A program made the position numbers and the translations under genes. Of a stretch of DNA of 64,000 bases, positions 12,975-25,707 are shown piece after piece. The notes under the pieces were generated by a model. The model ran no database searches, was not told where the DNA came from, and saw only the letters and a list, made by a program, of their open reading frames with translations. Position 1 is the stretch's first letter. Every line of letters begins with the position of its first letter. Origin of the DNA: Camelus ferus (Eukaryota). Where the stretch lies: contig NC_045696.1 of NCBI RefSeq assembly GCF_009834535.1, positions 14,944,001-15,008,000 of the forward strand, given 5' to 3'.

Positions 12975-13960
12975 ACACAAAAGTGAACATACCCAAAGAT
13001 ACTGCTCAGTGAATAATCAGAAAACTAACCAGTTCTGTCTGCAAAACAGCCAGTTCAAGAACTAGAACTTTGCCAGCATCTTAGAAATCTCTAGTATCCA
13101 CACCCAAGCACTACCCTTTTATCCCTGCCCACTAGTCTGACTTCCAATCCTATGCATTTTTTTTATCAGCTATTAAGCGACTTTATCGACATGGCATCAT
13201 AAGCTGTACGCTCTTCTGTTGGCCTGATTTCATTTAACATTATGTTCATAGACTCATATGGGTTACTGTATGCAGATACCATAGATAAAATTGTTGGGAA
13301 AAGCCATGCCAATGACCTGAGCACATCTGCCCACATTTCTGTTGGGGCTATTCATTAGAATTGTTGTGTCCTAAGAATTGTGTATCTTCAACTTCGGTGG
13401 CTAATGTTAAAATATTTCCCAATATTTTGAAAAGTGGCTGTGCCAATTATACGTCCTTGGCAATATGTAAGAAAACAGTTGCTCCATATTTTTAACCATT
13501 CCATAAGTGTGTAGTGGTGTCTCTTTGTGGTTTTAAATCATATTTTCCAGCTGGTGATTTTTAGGCAGTTTAGTATCTCAGTCTTTTCCTTTTGATTAAT
13601 CCAACATTTTTAGATTTTTAAAGCCCTCTATATGATGATCAAACAGGTATCTGTCAATATTTTCTTTGAATTTTAAGTTATTGCTATTTTATTTTGATTT
13701 CTTAATTCTTCTTACAGTTTGTTTGCTACAGTGAAAAATACTCTAAAATTTTCTCTGGAATAACAGATCACTTCTACCACATCCTTTGAAAATACAATTT
13801 ATTCCCCTTTGAATTGTGTTGCCTCCATTATTTTATTAAGTTTTTAATGTAGGCTTCATAAGGTTTCAGGACTATTTGCTCTGTTTTGATGTTATGTCTA
13901 TGATTCAATGCCACTTAATTTTATTTATTGTAATTTTAATATATTCTTTAGTATTTAATT
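12975..13960 (-). mobile_element. L1ME-type 3'UTR/ORF2 fragment
   Basis: Antisense L1 motifs CCAGTTCAAGAACTAGAAC, TTCATTTAACATTATGTT, AAAGTGGCTGTGCCAATT and GTGTGTAGTGGTGTCTC. Confidence 0.7.
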
Positions 13961-14179
13961 GTTGTCATTCAAGTAATATTTGTTATATAGACATAATATA
14001 TTTGCCATTATTTTATTCCCACTTAATTATCAGATTTTTCACTTTTTAATTATTTTGTATGGATTTTTTGTGTAAAAGTTGTGGATTTTATTTTGAATTA
14101 TATTAAATCTATTTTGGAAAGTGTTTTTAATATTATATCCTCCAATCCAAGAAAACAGCAGTTTTCCAAAATTCTCAAG

Positions 14180-14255
14180 TCTCTCTCCCTTCTTTTCTTT
14201 CTTTTTCTTTCTTCCTTCCTTCCTCCCTCCCTCCCTTCCTTCCTTCCTTCCTTCT
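14180..14255 (+). repeat. Polypyrimidine microsatellite (CTTT/CTTC/CCCT)n
   Basis: About 76 nt containing only pyrimidines, directly visible. A poly(T) run follows at 14312-14328. Confidence 0.95.
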
Positions 14256-14569
14256 GTGAGGCTATAATTATTGGTTTTATTTTGCTTCATTTGCTTTTAT
14301 GCTTATGCTGATTTTTTTTTTTTTTTTTAGATTATCAGAATCATCTTGTTGGATGGTTTTCTGTTTGTAAATAATAATGAATTTCTACTATCCACTTAGG
14401 TTTTCTACTAACCACCCAAATGGTTAAATTGAGATTCAAACTGATCTCCAGACGTTTTTTTGGCAAATGTTTAACATGGATAAACTAAGCCTTTTATTAC
14501 CACAAAATTACTTTGGATTGTTCCCTCAAGGGAAAAAATATTACTGCAATAAATTCTAATCATAGTTAA

Positions 14570-14808
14570 AAACTACCAAGTAATTATTGGGTACTAAACA
14601 TTGCGCTAACTGCTCTACATCTGATAACTTATTTATTCTTTATTGTCATGAAGTTTACTATTACTAACCCCATTTTACAGATGAGAAAAATGAGATACAG
14701 AAAAGTTAACTAACTTTCCGTGTTGCATACAGCTCGTGAGTGATGAGGACAGGTTTTAAAGCTAAATTGACTTGTGTGGTTTGTGTGTTTTTAGTCAGCA
14801 CACTATAC
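14570..14808 (-). mobile_element. MIR SINE
   Basis: MIR core CCCATTTTACAGATGAGAAAAATGAGATACAGAAAAGTTAACTAAC. Confidence 0.85.
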
Positions 14809-15323
14809 GTTATTTCTATGCTTAAAAACATTCACAGATCACACAGATTTTGTAGCCTTAAAATTAGACAGAAGGGGATAAATCTAGGCACAATGGAAAG
14901 TATATCTGGGATGGTATAATTTTCACTGAAAGAGGAGATGATGGGTAACAAAATAATGAACAGTAAGAAATTAAACATTCTTGAATTGGAAAAACTCAGA
15001 ATGGGAGCCAAAAAAAAGGATCAGGTAAATATTGGGGAAATACCATGTTGAGAATATTGATGTTCAGTCCTACCTACATCAGTTTTGAAATAAGATAGAT
15101 GAAACCATGGGGTAGGTCATGGTGAATTATTTAGGAAAAAGACATAGATATATACATAATTTATGTAAAAGGAATAGCTAAAATTAGTTTAAAAAACAGA
15201 TTCCTACATGAACATAGAAATATAAATCCAGGATATTTAATAGTGTGATTTTTATAGAGTAGTGGCTTTCACATCTAGACCAGAATCCACTTTAAAAAAA
15301 AAACTATTTTACATCCTGACCTA

Positions 15324-17650
15324 TGTCAACAGCAACCACCAAATAAATGCAGGAGGCTGCAAAAGAAAATATATTTGGGTCTTAAGAATAGCAATTCAGG
15401 AAACACAAATGTGGGTAACACTGAAAGTTTTTCAAAGAAGAGAGTCAGGGGCTTATAAAGACAAGAAGCCATGAGGTTGTTAAAAGTTGCCTGGCAAGCA
15501 TTGTGATTGACTCTGATGCGAGTCGGAAAATATTTGCTCTTAAAGAATCGTGAGTTATTTTAGGGTAGGGGTTCGATAAGTAGATAGACTGTCATAAGTC
15601 TCTGGCAGATGTTCTGGGTGACTTCATTAGGTCAAAAGGTCAGATTCTATCCAGGCTAAGACGTGCATAAGTCACCCTTAATGGTCCTCCTGTCTCCATT
15701 TTAGAGAGCTCTTTTAGCAATACTGACTCCATTTTGATTTTCGTTTTATTTTTCTCCTTTTTGATCAAGATCTTTCTTTAGAAAGCATAGATGATTAACC
15801 ATTTGATTTTTCTGGCATCAGTATCGACTCCCTTGGCACTGGGAAGGCTCATTCTCAGAGTCATGTCCCAAAGAGGAGAGCGAGGTGCTTGTGAGAAAGA
15901 TATGCTTTTAGAGCATTTATGGCCATATTTGAATAACAAGGAGCCATCTAGGAAATGAATCTCAGGCAGCATTTGCAATGCCAAAAATTCATAGATCTTC
16001 ATTAGGAGGAAATTATACAAGGATGGTCCATCATCTCTAGAGGTCAAGCTCTTATTATTCCTGCACAGGGTGTCATAGTACAGCAGCAAAAGCTACAAAG
16101 TGTGAACAGTTTTAAAACAACAAAGAGAGAACACATGAAAACAATCACTAGTATAACTAACTAGTTGCCATCTGGATCACAATAAGCTGCCACATCTGGA
16201 GGGGAGCCAGCTGAAGAAGATTTCTAGACGTTGGGGTTGAATCTTCTGCAATTTGAAACATTTATAATGACATCAGCAAGTGTTTAGGTACAGGGCACTT
16301 TCAGTTCTCAATGATTACAAATTAAAAGGATGGGACAAAAATTGGAAACATTAGTTTGGAGAGTTATAGCCAGATATTCTAGGAAATTATAAGAATTTAG
16401 GATCTAGTCCAGTTTACAGGTAAATACCAAAATCTCAATGGCAATTAACAGCACTGGAACCTAAGATCTACAAATGTATATTACCAAAACATAATTTTTT
16501 CCTCCCTAAAATCACTCTCATTTTTACCAAATATAGCCAGATTAAGACTAATTTGTTTGCAAAATAAGTCTGTTTTCAATAAATGTGGCCTGAAGTGTAA
16601 TAAAAATAGTGACTGTTCACATAAGCTTTTGAAAATTTGCTTTGCTGGAACTTTTCATAAGGAATCTCAGATTGAAATTTAAAGACTTCTTGAGGCCAGG
16701 GAGCCATGCCAAGAACTTGCCATCAGATTCACCAATAATACCAACAGATTTTTGTAAATTCCTCTCCTCTTAAAGTCTCCCAAATACCTTGAAGTTCCCG
16801 TACCTGCCTGGAAGTGACCTTTCTTATTTAACTGGTAAGTCTGTTTAAAATCCTGCAAGTATCAGGATGTTTTTCCAAGGGGCTCCTTTGGCTCCATAAA
16901 GTAAATTTAGTTCCTTAAAGCTGTCTGGTCATTTCTGAGTCTATAAATGCCTCTCTCAATGATAAAATTCCAGTCAAAGCATTGATAATATAATCAATGT
17001 TTCCAAGTGTGTTCTGTTACAAGGAGAGCATATGGAACTTATGCAAGTAACTATATTGACTTGAAAATAAAAATACTCACTAAGGGTTTCCAAATTCTGG
17101 AAGTATCAGGTAGAATAAATATATTAATGTTTAATATTTTGTTTACAAAGATATACTGTATCAAATTGCTACAATCATATAGCTTGAGAGAAAGGGTTTC
17201 CTTAAATCAGGAAATCAAAACATAAAAGAATCAGCAATATTTAAAATAAAAAGTCATAAAAGCTATAATCATCCTCTTCAGTTTATTAATTCCTATGGAA
17301 TTAACTCTTGATCTTGATTGTTTTTGTTAGCAGTTTATAAAGCCATCAGTTTCTTCATTAGATTTCTGTAATTCTTACCCAGTTCAATGATAGTGCTTTG
17401 GAAGTTTAGCAGAAACCTTATTCTAGAGTGCCAGTGTCCTTTCCATGAATTTTTCTAAAGATGAAATATATTTGTAAATGCTTCAGAGTAAAACAATAGC
17501 TGTCTATAAATGACAAAAGACTTAAAATAGCATGGTTAAAGACCTGACTACAATGCAATTGGCAAGAAAATTGTGACTTCTGTGATACACAACATTTTAC
17601 AATAATAACTTGAATTATTCTTGATAACATTATGCCAGAACATAAAAGAC
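15324..17650 (-). mobile_element. ERV1 (MER4-group-like) partial provirus: 3' LTR ~15324-15745 plus non-coding internal sequence
   Basis: TGTCAAC at 15324 is an antisense LTR end (GTTGACA). GACTCCATTTT lies near the LTR start, beside a pyrimidine run (antisense polypurine tract). Internal motifs GACTAATTTGTTTGCAAAATAAGTC and GGAACTTTTCATAAGGAATCTCAGATT are typical of non-autonomous MER4-group internals. Confidence 0.75.
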
Positions 17651-17661
17651 TTTGATTCTGG

Positions 17662-18517
17662 TTATTGTGATGAGAACATTTAAGATCTACTTTCAGCAAC
17701 TTTCAAGTATAAACCACAATAGTGTTAAGTATAGTCATCATACTATACATTAGATCCCCAGAATTTATTCACTGTATAACTTGAAGTTTGTACCCTTTGA
17801 CCAACACCTTCTCATTCTTCCTCAAGATCCTTCTCACCCCACCCCTGGCAGTCACCAATCAACTCTCTATTTCTATGAGTCTGGGTTTTTCAGATTCCAC
17901 ATGTAAGTGAGACCACATAGTATTTGTGACTTATTTCACTTAGCTTAATGTTAAGTTTGTCCATGCTGTCCCAAGTAACAAGACTTCCTTCTTTCTTATG
18001 GCTGAGTAATATTACATATATATGTATGTATATATAACTTCTATCATATATGTGACACAACTATATATACAAATGGAATCTACATAATAGACTACAATAT
18101 ATATATATACATATATGTATGTTTTAGTCATTCAGTTCATTGACCGACACTTAGTTTCTTTTTGTATCTTGGCTACTGTAACTACTGCAACAAACATGGG
18201 AGCACAGATATCTCTTCAAGAGAGTGATTTCATTTCCTTCAGATATACACCCAGAAGTGGAGTTGCTAGATCACATGGTAGTCCTATTTTTAATTTTTTG
18301 ATAAACCTCTATGTTGTTTTCCACAGTGGTTGCAACAATTTGCATTTCCTCCGACAGTGTACAAGGGTTCTCTTTTTTCCTATATCCTTGCCAGCATGTA
18401 TCTCTTGTCTTTTTGTTAATAGCTATTCTAAGAGGAGTGAGGTATTTCACTGTGGTTTTGGTTTTGTTTTCTCTGATGACTGGTAATGTTGAGCATCTTG
18501 CCATGTACCTGTTGGCA
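17662..18517 (-). mobile_element. L1MA8-10-like L1, ORF2 C-terminus plus 3'UTR
   Basis: 3'UTR GTGATGAGAACATTTAAGATCTAC...TACATTAGATCCCCAGAA. ORF 18271-18504(-) (MARCSTLPVIRE..KTTVKYLTPLRIAINKK..CWQG) is the degenerate ORF2 cysteine-rich region. Confidence 0.9.
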
Positions 18518-18519
18518 GT

Positions 18520-18828
18520 GCATTCTTGGGACAGAATTACACAGGGAAGGCCATGAAAGCTGAAAAATCAGGTAGGGATTCTATGTTTCAGTCTCCAGAG
18601 ACCTCAATCTTTGCTCTCAAGGCATTCAACTGATTAGATGAGGCTTACCCTCATTATGGAGGGTAATTTGATTTACTCAAAGTCCACTAATTTAAATTTT
18701 AATTACATCTAAAAAGATCATCACAGAAACATCTACAGTGATATTTGATGGAAAAATTGGCCATTGTCAACTAAGCAAGGCCATTGTCAACTAACCATTG
18801 GCAAAATTGACACATAAAATTTATCAAG
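18520..18828 (-). mobile_element. MLT2 (ERVL) LTR fragment
   Basis: TTCAACTGATTAGATGAGGC...CATTATGGAGGGTAAT...TTTACTCAAAGTCCAC...AAATTGACACATAAAATT matches antisense MLT2. Confidence 0.85.
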
Positions 18829-18869
18829 ATATATAATTGGGGAAGTGTTCTCAATTTTTAAAATTGAGA

Positions 18870-19080
18870 TAAACACTTATATAGTGTTTGTTATGAGCCA
18901 AATACTATTCTAAATCTTATAAATATTAGTTCATTTAATCCTCATACATCTCTATGAGGTAAGAGATGCTATTTCGTCCACTTTGTAGATAGGGAGTTGT
19001 AATTAATAACTTGTTCAAGATGAAACAGCCGGTAAAAGAGCCAGGATTCAAACACAGCCCTGCTTCAACCACTAACTTTA
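18870..19080 (-). mobile_element. MIR SINE
   Basis: TCATTTAATCCTCATACATCTCTATGAGGTA...GAGCCAGGATTCAAAC. Confidence 0.8.
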
Positions 19081-19156
19081 TTGCTTCCTAGGTAGTCAAG
19101 CCTGAAACAACCGTCTAAAAACAGCAGAAATAAAAGATGAGTTCTCTGCCCTTATA

Positions 19157-19250
19157 TGTGTGTGTGTGTGTGTGTGTGTGTAATATTTATTATATTATAT
19201 TATATTGTATTGTATATATTATATTATATTATTATTTTATTATATATTTT
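19157..19250 (+). repeat. (TG)12 microsatellite followed by (TATAT)n-like low complexity
   Basis: Directly visible. Confidence 0.95.
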
Positions 19251-20889
19251 AATCTGTATGAGACTGATACCTTAGGAAAATATGTATTCAATGAATATTT
19301 CTAGGTGGTCAAGAAGAAGTTGAAGCATCACATGGTTAATCTAACTCACTCTGATCCTCCCTTAATATTTTAAATTGATACCCACATTTTAAAGTAAAAG
19401 AACATCTTTAAAATAGAGTAGAAAAAATACAACCAAAATGGTAGTCACTGAGCAGTAGCAGAGTGTTGGGACTGCATCAGTCTCCTCTTGAATAGCTTTG
19501 GTTGCCCAAATGTTATGTTTACTCCTGCTAAAACAAAGCACAATTTGCATCATTTGTAGGTCTAGATCATTGTGTTCTTACTGTTCAGTATAAAGATAGG
19601 GAATTAACTGTGTTTATATCTTCTTTTAGGGGTGACTGACATTGCCAGTAGTGTTACCTATCTTCCTACAAAGGAAGGAAAAACTTCAGATGGTTCTACA
19701 TTTAGCTGCATATAGAGTTCACTGAATATAATAATCTGTTCCTTTCCTTCTTCTATGTCTGTTCTATTATGTGTCCGATGCGTTTTCAATGTCTTGGACC
19801 TGGATCCTCTAAATCTAGATTCTTTTTATTTAATTTCACCTAATTTTCTGAGAAAACATTTCAGTTCACAACAAAGACAATCTAGATTTATGTTTCATTC
19901 ACTTTGGCTAACACAACATATTTATTTTCTTTACTACTTTTGTACAACTATTTGACCCCCAAGTTTATAATATCAGAGGTGCTGGCAGGACGTATGTACA
20001 CACAATGACACCCTCAAAGATCATTAGAGCCATGAGTTGGCTCTTCCCAGTTGAAAACACTTCATCATGCAAGGAACAGATTGAGTGCATTGTGCTTCCC
20101 AAGTCTGATTTTATATTTTCTGAAAGTCAAGTTCATCTGGTGATTAGATTCTGACAGGAGAGCTTCTTGTACTCCCATGTGGTAATGTATAGCCATCATA
20201 AGATTTGCAGTATGTTGAAACAGACACAACTGACTCATTTGTTTTTGTTCAATGATAAAGACAATATGAGCAAAGCAGGCTTTTCCAAGTGTTTATAAAC
20301 TAGTAACACATGCTATGAAGTTGTTTCACACATTTTCTTGTATCAGCATTTTTTTTTGGTAGGAGATGAAAATTAGATAGTGAACTAAACTAAAGCCATT
20401 GGAGATACATCTTTCTTAATTTTAAAGCATGATGGTTCCTGAGATATCATAATGAATCCTAGGAATTAAACAGTAAACAGATAATTAAAGCCAAACTTTC
20501 TCTTACTGAAAATAATGGTGGACTGACTATTTAGAATTTAATAGAACAGATGGTGTGTAGACTAATTCCAGGTTCATTCCAAGTCTATAGCTTAATAATC
20601 TGATACTTATTGGCCATTTCTCTCTGCGACCATTGAGGCAACATTTTTAAATGACCCAGAGGTTGTTTTTATTAACTTATTTTTTTTCTACATAATGGGT
20701 ATACACTTTAGCCAAATACATCGAAACAACAGGTAGAATATTTTTTGCCTTTAAAAAAATATTCTGATGATTTCTTATGATGAATCAACTACTATTTAAT
20801 CATTTCCAATTATGTGACTGATATTGGAAACTTTTAAAAGAATCACTGTAGCAGAATGAGGAGTAGAACAAATCTCCCTTGAGAGACAC

Positions 20890-21490
20890 ACCTATCTTTT
20901 GCCTAAAAGACTTCCTCTTAAATGGCTTCCTACCGTCTGTTCTTGCATTCCTGCCACGTGTTCTGTCTCTGCAGCCTGAGTGATCATTTTTACCCGATCA
21001 TGTGACAATTCTCACAAACTCTTTTCATGGCTCTCCATGGCCTTCAGGATAAAAGTTAAAATTCCAAAGACACCACATCCATATTCTGATTCCTGCCCAA
21101 GTCTCCAGCCTGAACTCAGCCCATATTTTGCCTTCATCTCTGAATGCCCAGTACACTGGCCTCTACTCCACACTTACCCACAGTTCATTTGTATTAAACC
21201 TTTAAATTTTGGCTCAAGTGTCACTTTCCCTAGAAAGCTTTTTCTGACCCATTAGATCAGGGCGGAGTTCTCAATATTGTGCCATTAATTTTTACCTTCA
21301 TATTACTTATCACATTTGTAATTTCATTAAAAAAAAATTGATCTAGAATGAGTCATCCCAAAGCACTGCAAGTCCATGAGGACAGGGTCTGGGTCTGATT
21401 TTTGCGAAGCCCTGTAACCTAAGCACCAAGCACAATGACAGTCAAATACGAAGCACCTAATAAAAACTGAACAGAATCACTATGCATGAA
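20890..21490 (+). mobile_element. L2 LINE 3' end
   Basis: CTGCAGCCTGAGTGATC...ATGGCTCTCCATGGCCTTCAGGATAAAAG...AAGTCCATGAGGACAGGG...GCACCAAGCACAATG...CCTAATAAA. Confidence 0.8.
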
Positions 21491-21494
21491 GAAT

Positions 21495-21620
21495 ATAAGG
21501 TCTGAGGATTCCAAGTGACTCATCCAAGATTATGTAACTGAGTAGTGGGACCAGGAATTCTATCCAGGACTACCTGACTAAATTCCTGAGCTAGTTAGCG
21601 TGTGATTCCACTTCAACCAC
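21495..21620 (-). mobile_element. MIR fragment
   Basis: AAGTGACTCATCCAAGAT...GGACCAGGAATTCTATCCAGG...CTGACT. Confidence 0.55.
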
Positions 21621-23149
21621 TAATTGGTCATGATGTCTTTGTTTTAAAATGCCTTGGCATAGACACAGTGATTTCAATCTGTGCTTATTAATTGAAACTT
21701 CAAAATGATAGAGTAATTAGTTATTTAATTGGGAGTTTCCAATCTAAGAATGGTCAATTAGTAGTAAATCAGAAACCCAACACACCCGGAACTTCAACTA
21801 TCATATTGACATTAATATTTCACATTTCACTGATTAGCGAGTAGAAAATTTAAAAAAAGAAACAGTTCCTATTGTTGGTTAAAAACATATTCAAGCTATG
21901 CATTTTGTCTAAAATACGTTAAAGGCACTTTTCACTTTTGCATGAACAGGATGCCAAACTCCAGTGAAATGTGTACCTGCACATTAGGTTTCTCTAAGTT
22001 CTGTGTCCAAACCGTTGATTCATGCGGATTTCTGGATGCCCAATGCAGAGAACAAGGGTAATAAAATATTTCCTCCAGTAGATCTTTAGTGTAAGGATGT
22101 GGTTGGAGCCCACAGAAGGACAAAGACCTGTAACCTCCTAGAACTCACGAAACAGGCATTCTGAACTAGTTTGTGCATTTGCCTTTGCATGAGGCAGAAT
22201 AGTTGTCAAAGTGCCTCTCTTATAATCTTGTAGCAGAGTTGTGGCAATATGTTTATCTCTCATCTCCAATGTCTTTGGGGAGTATTATTACTTTCCAAAT
22301 AAAACCTAAGACATGTGCAAAAACAAATTGATTCAGAGAAGTCATAACCTACTGTGTCAAAAACCCTGGGCTAAATTCGTATCAGGACCGTCAACAAACA
22401 TAGGTCTTCACAGGGCAAGAGCAAATTGGGGGGAGAGGTTTCAGGCCTGTTGAATTTTAAATCTATTTTGGAAATCTAGCTGAAAGCATCTTTAGTTAGA
22501 CACATAAGTACAGAACTAAGAACTAAAGAGCTCTATGTTAGAGACATGAAAAGTGTTAGTAAGCAAGTGGGCATGGAAGCTGTTAGAATCTTCAGGGAAA
22601 CTGTTGGTAATAAGAAAAGATAATTGTCAGAGACCAGGAGCCACCAGTAAAATTGTTGCTTTCCCAAAGTTAAAGATTTTGTTCTGTCTTTTTAATGAAA
22701 GCATTTTAAAAAGTATAAAACATTTTCAAATTACTTAATAAATGCTTTTAATGAATAAATAAATAAACCAACTTGGCAACAATTAAGATAGAATTAACCA
22801 GTCTTTATTACTAAGCAGAAAAGTCTGCTGGAAAGTTTGTGCAGGTAAGAAGTAATTTTTATGATATTATATTGCTTTGATTATAAGAAGTCTTGATTTT
22901 ATATAGCAGCACATACTTTTAAAAACCTTTTCATTTGTATTTAATACTTTAGTTGTACCATTAAAATATTTTATTTTCTGGTATAAGTGTATTTGAAAAG
23001 AGTTGTTATACTTTAAACTGAACAAATGTTTATCTTCTCAATATTTATTGCCCCAAGACAGTTTAAGTGAGAAATCACATTTTAGTTAAAAAATCCTTAA
23101 AAGAAAAAAAAACTGCATAAATTATTTCAATCACGAAAAGTCTTTAACT

Positions 23150-23685
23150 TGTGAGTAAAAAATACTGTCAGCCATATCAGTGAACTAAGGATGCTGTGGC
23201 CATCAATTCATGAGCCACTATCCCAGTCTCTGACAGTGAGTGGAGGGAACTCAGGATGCAGACAAGCAGGCAGCCTGGCCTCTGCCAGCAATCAGATGGT
23301 GCGCCCCAAGAGGACTCAGGACGGGAAAGGACAGGATACTGGATGGTATCAGGATATCTATACCTAGACAGTTAAGGTGCATGTCAAAGTTGCATGCAAA
23401 ACGATTTCAATAAGCCCAGATTCTTATATCTTGCCATACAAAGGAAAGTGTTAAATTCCTTAACTCCAGATATCTGTTTCTTTAATTAACATGAATCTTT
23501 TGATGTTCCAATTACTTGGTCTTTGTTGCAAAAATTCCTATATATCCTGGTTCTTTCCCTGTCTCTTTGGAGCAGTCTTTCTCAGAGCTATCTGAGAGGC
23601 AGCATCCTGGGCTTAAGTCCTCAGAAATGTCTGCCGAATAAAATGTAACTCCCGACTTTTAGGTTGTGCATTTTCTTGGTCGACA
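23150..23685 (+). mobile_element. ERV1-class solo LTR (family A, copy 1)
   Basis: TG...CA termini (TGTGAG...GTCGACA). Perfect 4-bp TSD AACT at 23146-23149 and 23686-23689. TATATAT at 23539-23545 and AATAAA at 23637-23642. Homologous to the copies at 24387 and 40859. Confidence 0.9.
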
Positions 23686-24386
23686 AACTTGAATTATTGT
23701 GTATATTTCTTCATAGCTGGATATTTTTAAACATGTTATTGATATAACTAAATAGAGATATATTTCTGATCGAGATAATCAGAAAATAAAAGACTGAGGA
23801 GAAAAACAGTATAAAAAGTTCAGGCTGCGATTTCAATTTTCTAATTATTAAAAACAATGATTGTGTTTTAGCTCTTAAACTGCCTCTTACAGAAAATTAT
23901 ACTTGCATGACAGTGGGCAAAGTGTTCGTACCATTACCATATGAAAGCGAGTTTATGAGATCTAAGACACATGTGAAATGTAAGCCAATCACACACAGAA
24001 TGTTATTCAATTGCATAAGTCTCAAAATTCACATTACTCTGAAAGCCTAAGATAATGAGCTAAATTTAATGTATTCCTTAAATGATGGAGGAAATTGTTA
24101 TATTATTTTGCTCAACTCTTAGACTGCATGATTTGAGGAACTACAATCAACATACACAGCTCAAAGGGAAGATATTTGATTTTAATTTTTAACCATAGTG
24201 TGTATAATCAGTACTATTATTATTTGTTCCTGTATTAAGATTTTACTGAGATGTACCCAGCACTATGTTAAAGGACTAGGGTAAATAATTGAATAAAAAG
24301 AAATATTCTATCTTTTCCCCTCAAGGAACGTACACGTGCAAGTATCTTTAGTAGACTGAGTTCTGTGTGATTTTAAACACAAAGCC

Positions 24387-25541
24387 TGTGGACTGAAAAT
24401 ATTGTCTGTCATTCCAGTTAACGGCGAATGTTACCCACCACCAAGCCATCAGCCACTGCAGACACCCAACCGACAGTGAGCTCTGAGGGGAATTCAGGAT
24501 GGAGAAAAACAGAATACTGGCCCTAGATATTTAAGATGCATGTTGAAGGAATAATTTCAATGATCCAGACTCTTGCGTCTTCCCTTACACAGAAAAGCAC
24601 TAAAATCATTAACTTGAGATGTCTATTTTTGTGATCAGCAGTAATCTTTTGATGTTCTAGTTACAGCAGGCAGATAGCTAGATATGAGAAGAAAAAGGGG
24701 GACACAGATCAAATGGCAAGAATTGGGCAGAAAGGAGAGGCACAAGCCAAATGCAGGAAACCACACATCACTTAAGCAGCAGGGGTCCCTGGGCAGAGAA
24801 AGAAAAGCAGGAACCTTGGGGCTGATAAGGGATCATTCTTTTTGGGGTGACAAGTGCCCTGGAGAAGAACAAAGAAAGGTGAGAAAAGGCAGGAATTTCT
24901 AGTGTCCAAATGTAATCCTTTTGCTCATTATGCCCTCATTTCAATAAAATTAGCCATGCATATCAGAAGTACCCATCATGCACCAATACCATGACACTTC
25001 TGATCCAGACTAAATAAGGACAAAAATCCCTCCTCCCTTTGGGAAGGTGGAGTTGAGATGATAATCAGGGAATATGACCCCAAACCCTTCCCTCCCCAGT
25101 GAATATGCTGCCCATTCATTTTTACACCCTATGTAGCTAACTTGCCAAAGAAACTCAGGGCGGCTGCTCAACTGAGCCTGCCCGCTCTCCCCTGAGAGTG
25201 TACTATCCATCCTTTAATAAATCTTCACTTTACCATTTTTAACCACTGTGTCTTGTCTCTGAATTCTTTCCGGGATGGGACAAGAACCTGGAAAACCGGT
25301 TGCATCTATCAGCAACATCTTCACTACATGTTTGTTTGTTTGTTTGTTTTTCTTTTTTCACCAAAAACTCCTGTGTATCCTGGCTTCTCCTTTATCTCTT
25401 TGGAACAATTCCTCAGAGCCATCAAGGGGCTATATGACAAGCTATAGTTCTCACTAAGGTCCTGAAAAAAGCATAACTCAACTTTTAGGTTGTGTGTTGT
25501 TTTTGTTTGGTTTGTTTGTTTTGTTTTGTTTCCAGCCATCA
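24387..25541 (+). mobile_element. ERV1-class solo LTR (family A, copy 2), split by a nested LTR
   Basis: Segments 24387-24657 and ~25319-25541 are colinear with copies 1 and 3 (ATACTGGCCCTAGATA, AGAAAAGCACTAAA, CTCAGAGCCATC, CATAACTCAACTTTTAGGTTGTG). The 3' terminus and TSD are degraded. Confidence 0.85.
24658..25318 (+). mobile_element. Second ERV1-class solo LTR (family B) nested in family A copy 2
   Basis: Starts TAGTTACAGCAGGCAGATAGCTAGATATGAG. AATAAA at 25216-25221. U5-like GTCTCTGAATTCTTTCC...CAAGAACCTGG, ending ...AGCAACA. Imperfect flanking GTTC/CTTC. Confidence 0.8.
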
Positions 25542-25707
25542 GTCTGTATATTTGAATTCCTCATACTCAGAAATCCACACTCCAATAGTTGTGTAGTTTT
25601 GAAGCGGCTTGATGCTCAAATTGAATCAATATCGTAATGTCTGATCAAAAACAAAACAATTTTTAAAACACTATTGAATAGTTTTGATTAATAAAGGGTT
25701 GAATAAT

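Noticed and set aside
15778..16089. 103-aa ORF next to the ERV 3' LTR as a possible env remnant
   Set aside because: No furin site, immunosuppressive domain, CX6CC motif or clear transmembrane anchor is visible.
18115..18556. Overlapping ORFs of 77-123 aa
   Set aside because: They are sense and antisense readings of a decayed L1 ORF2 end, not host genes.
23150..25541. Two neighbouring family A LTRs as the 5' and 3' LTRs of one provirus
   Set aside because: Copy 1 has its own TSD on both sides and the two U3 structures differ. The 700-bp spacer shows no primer-binding site or polypurine tract.
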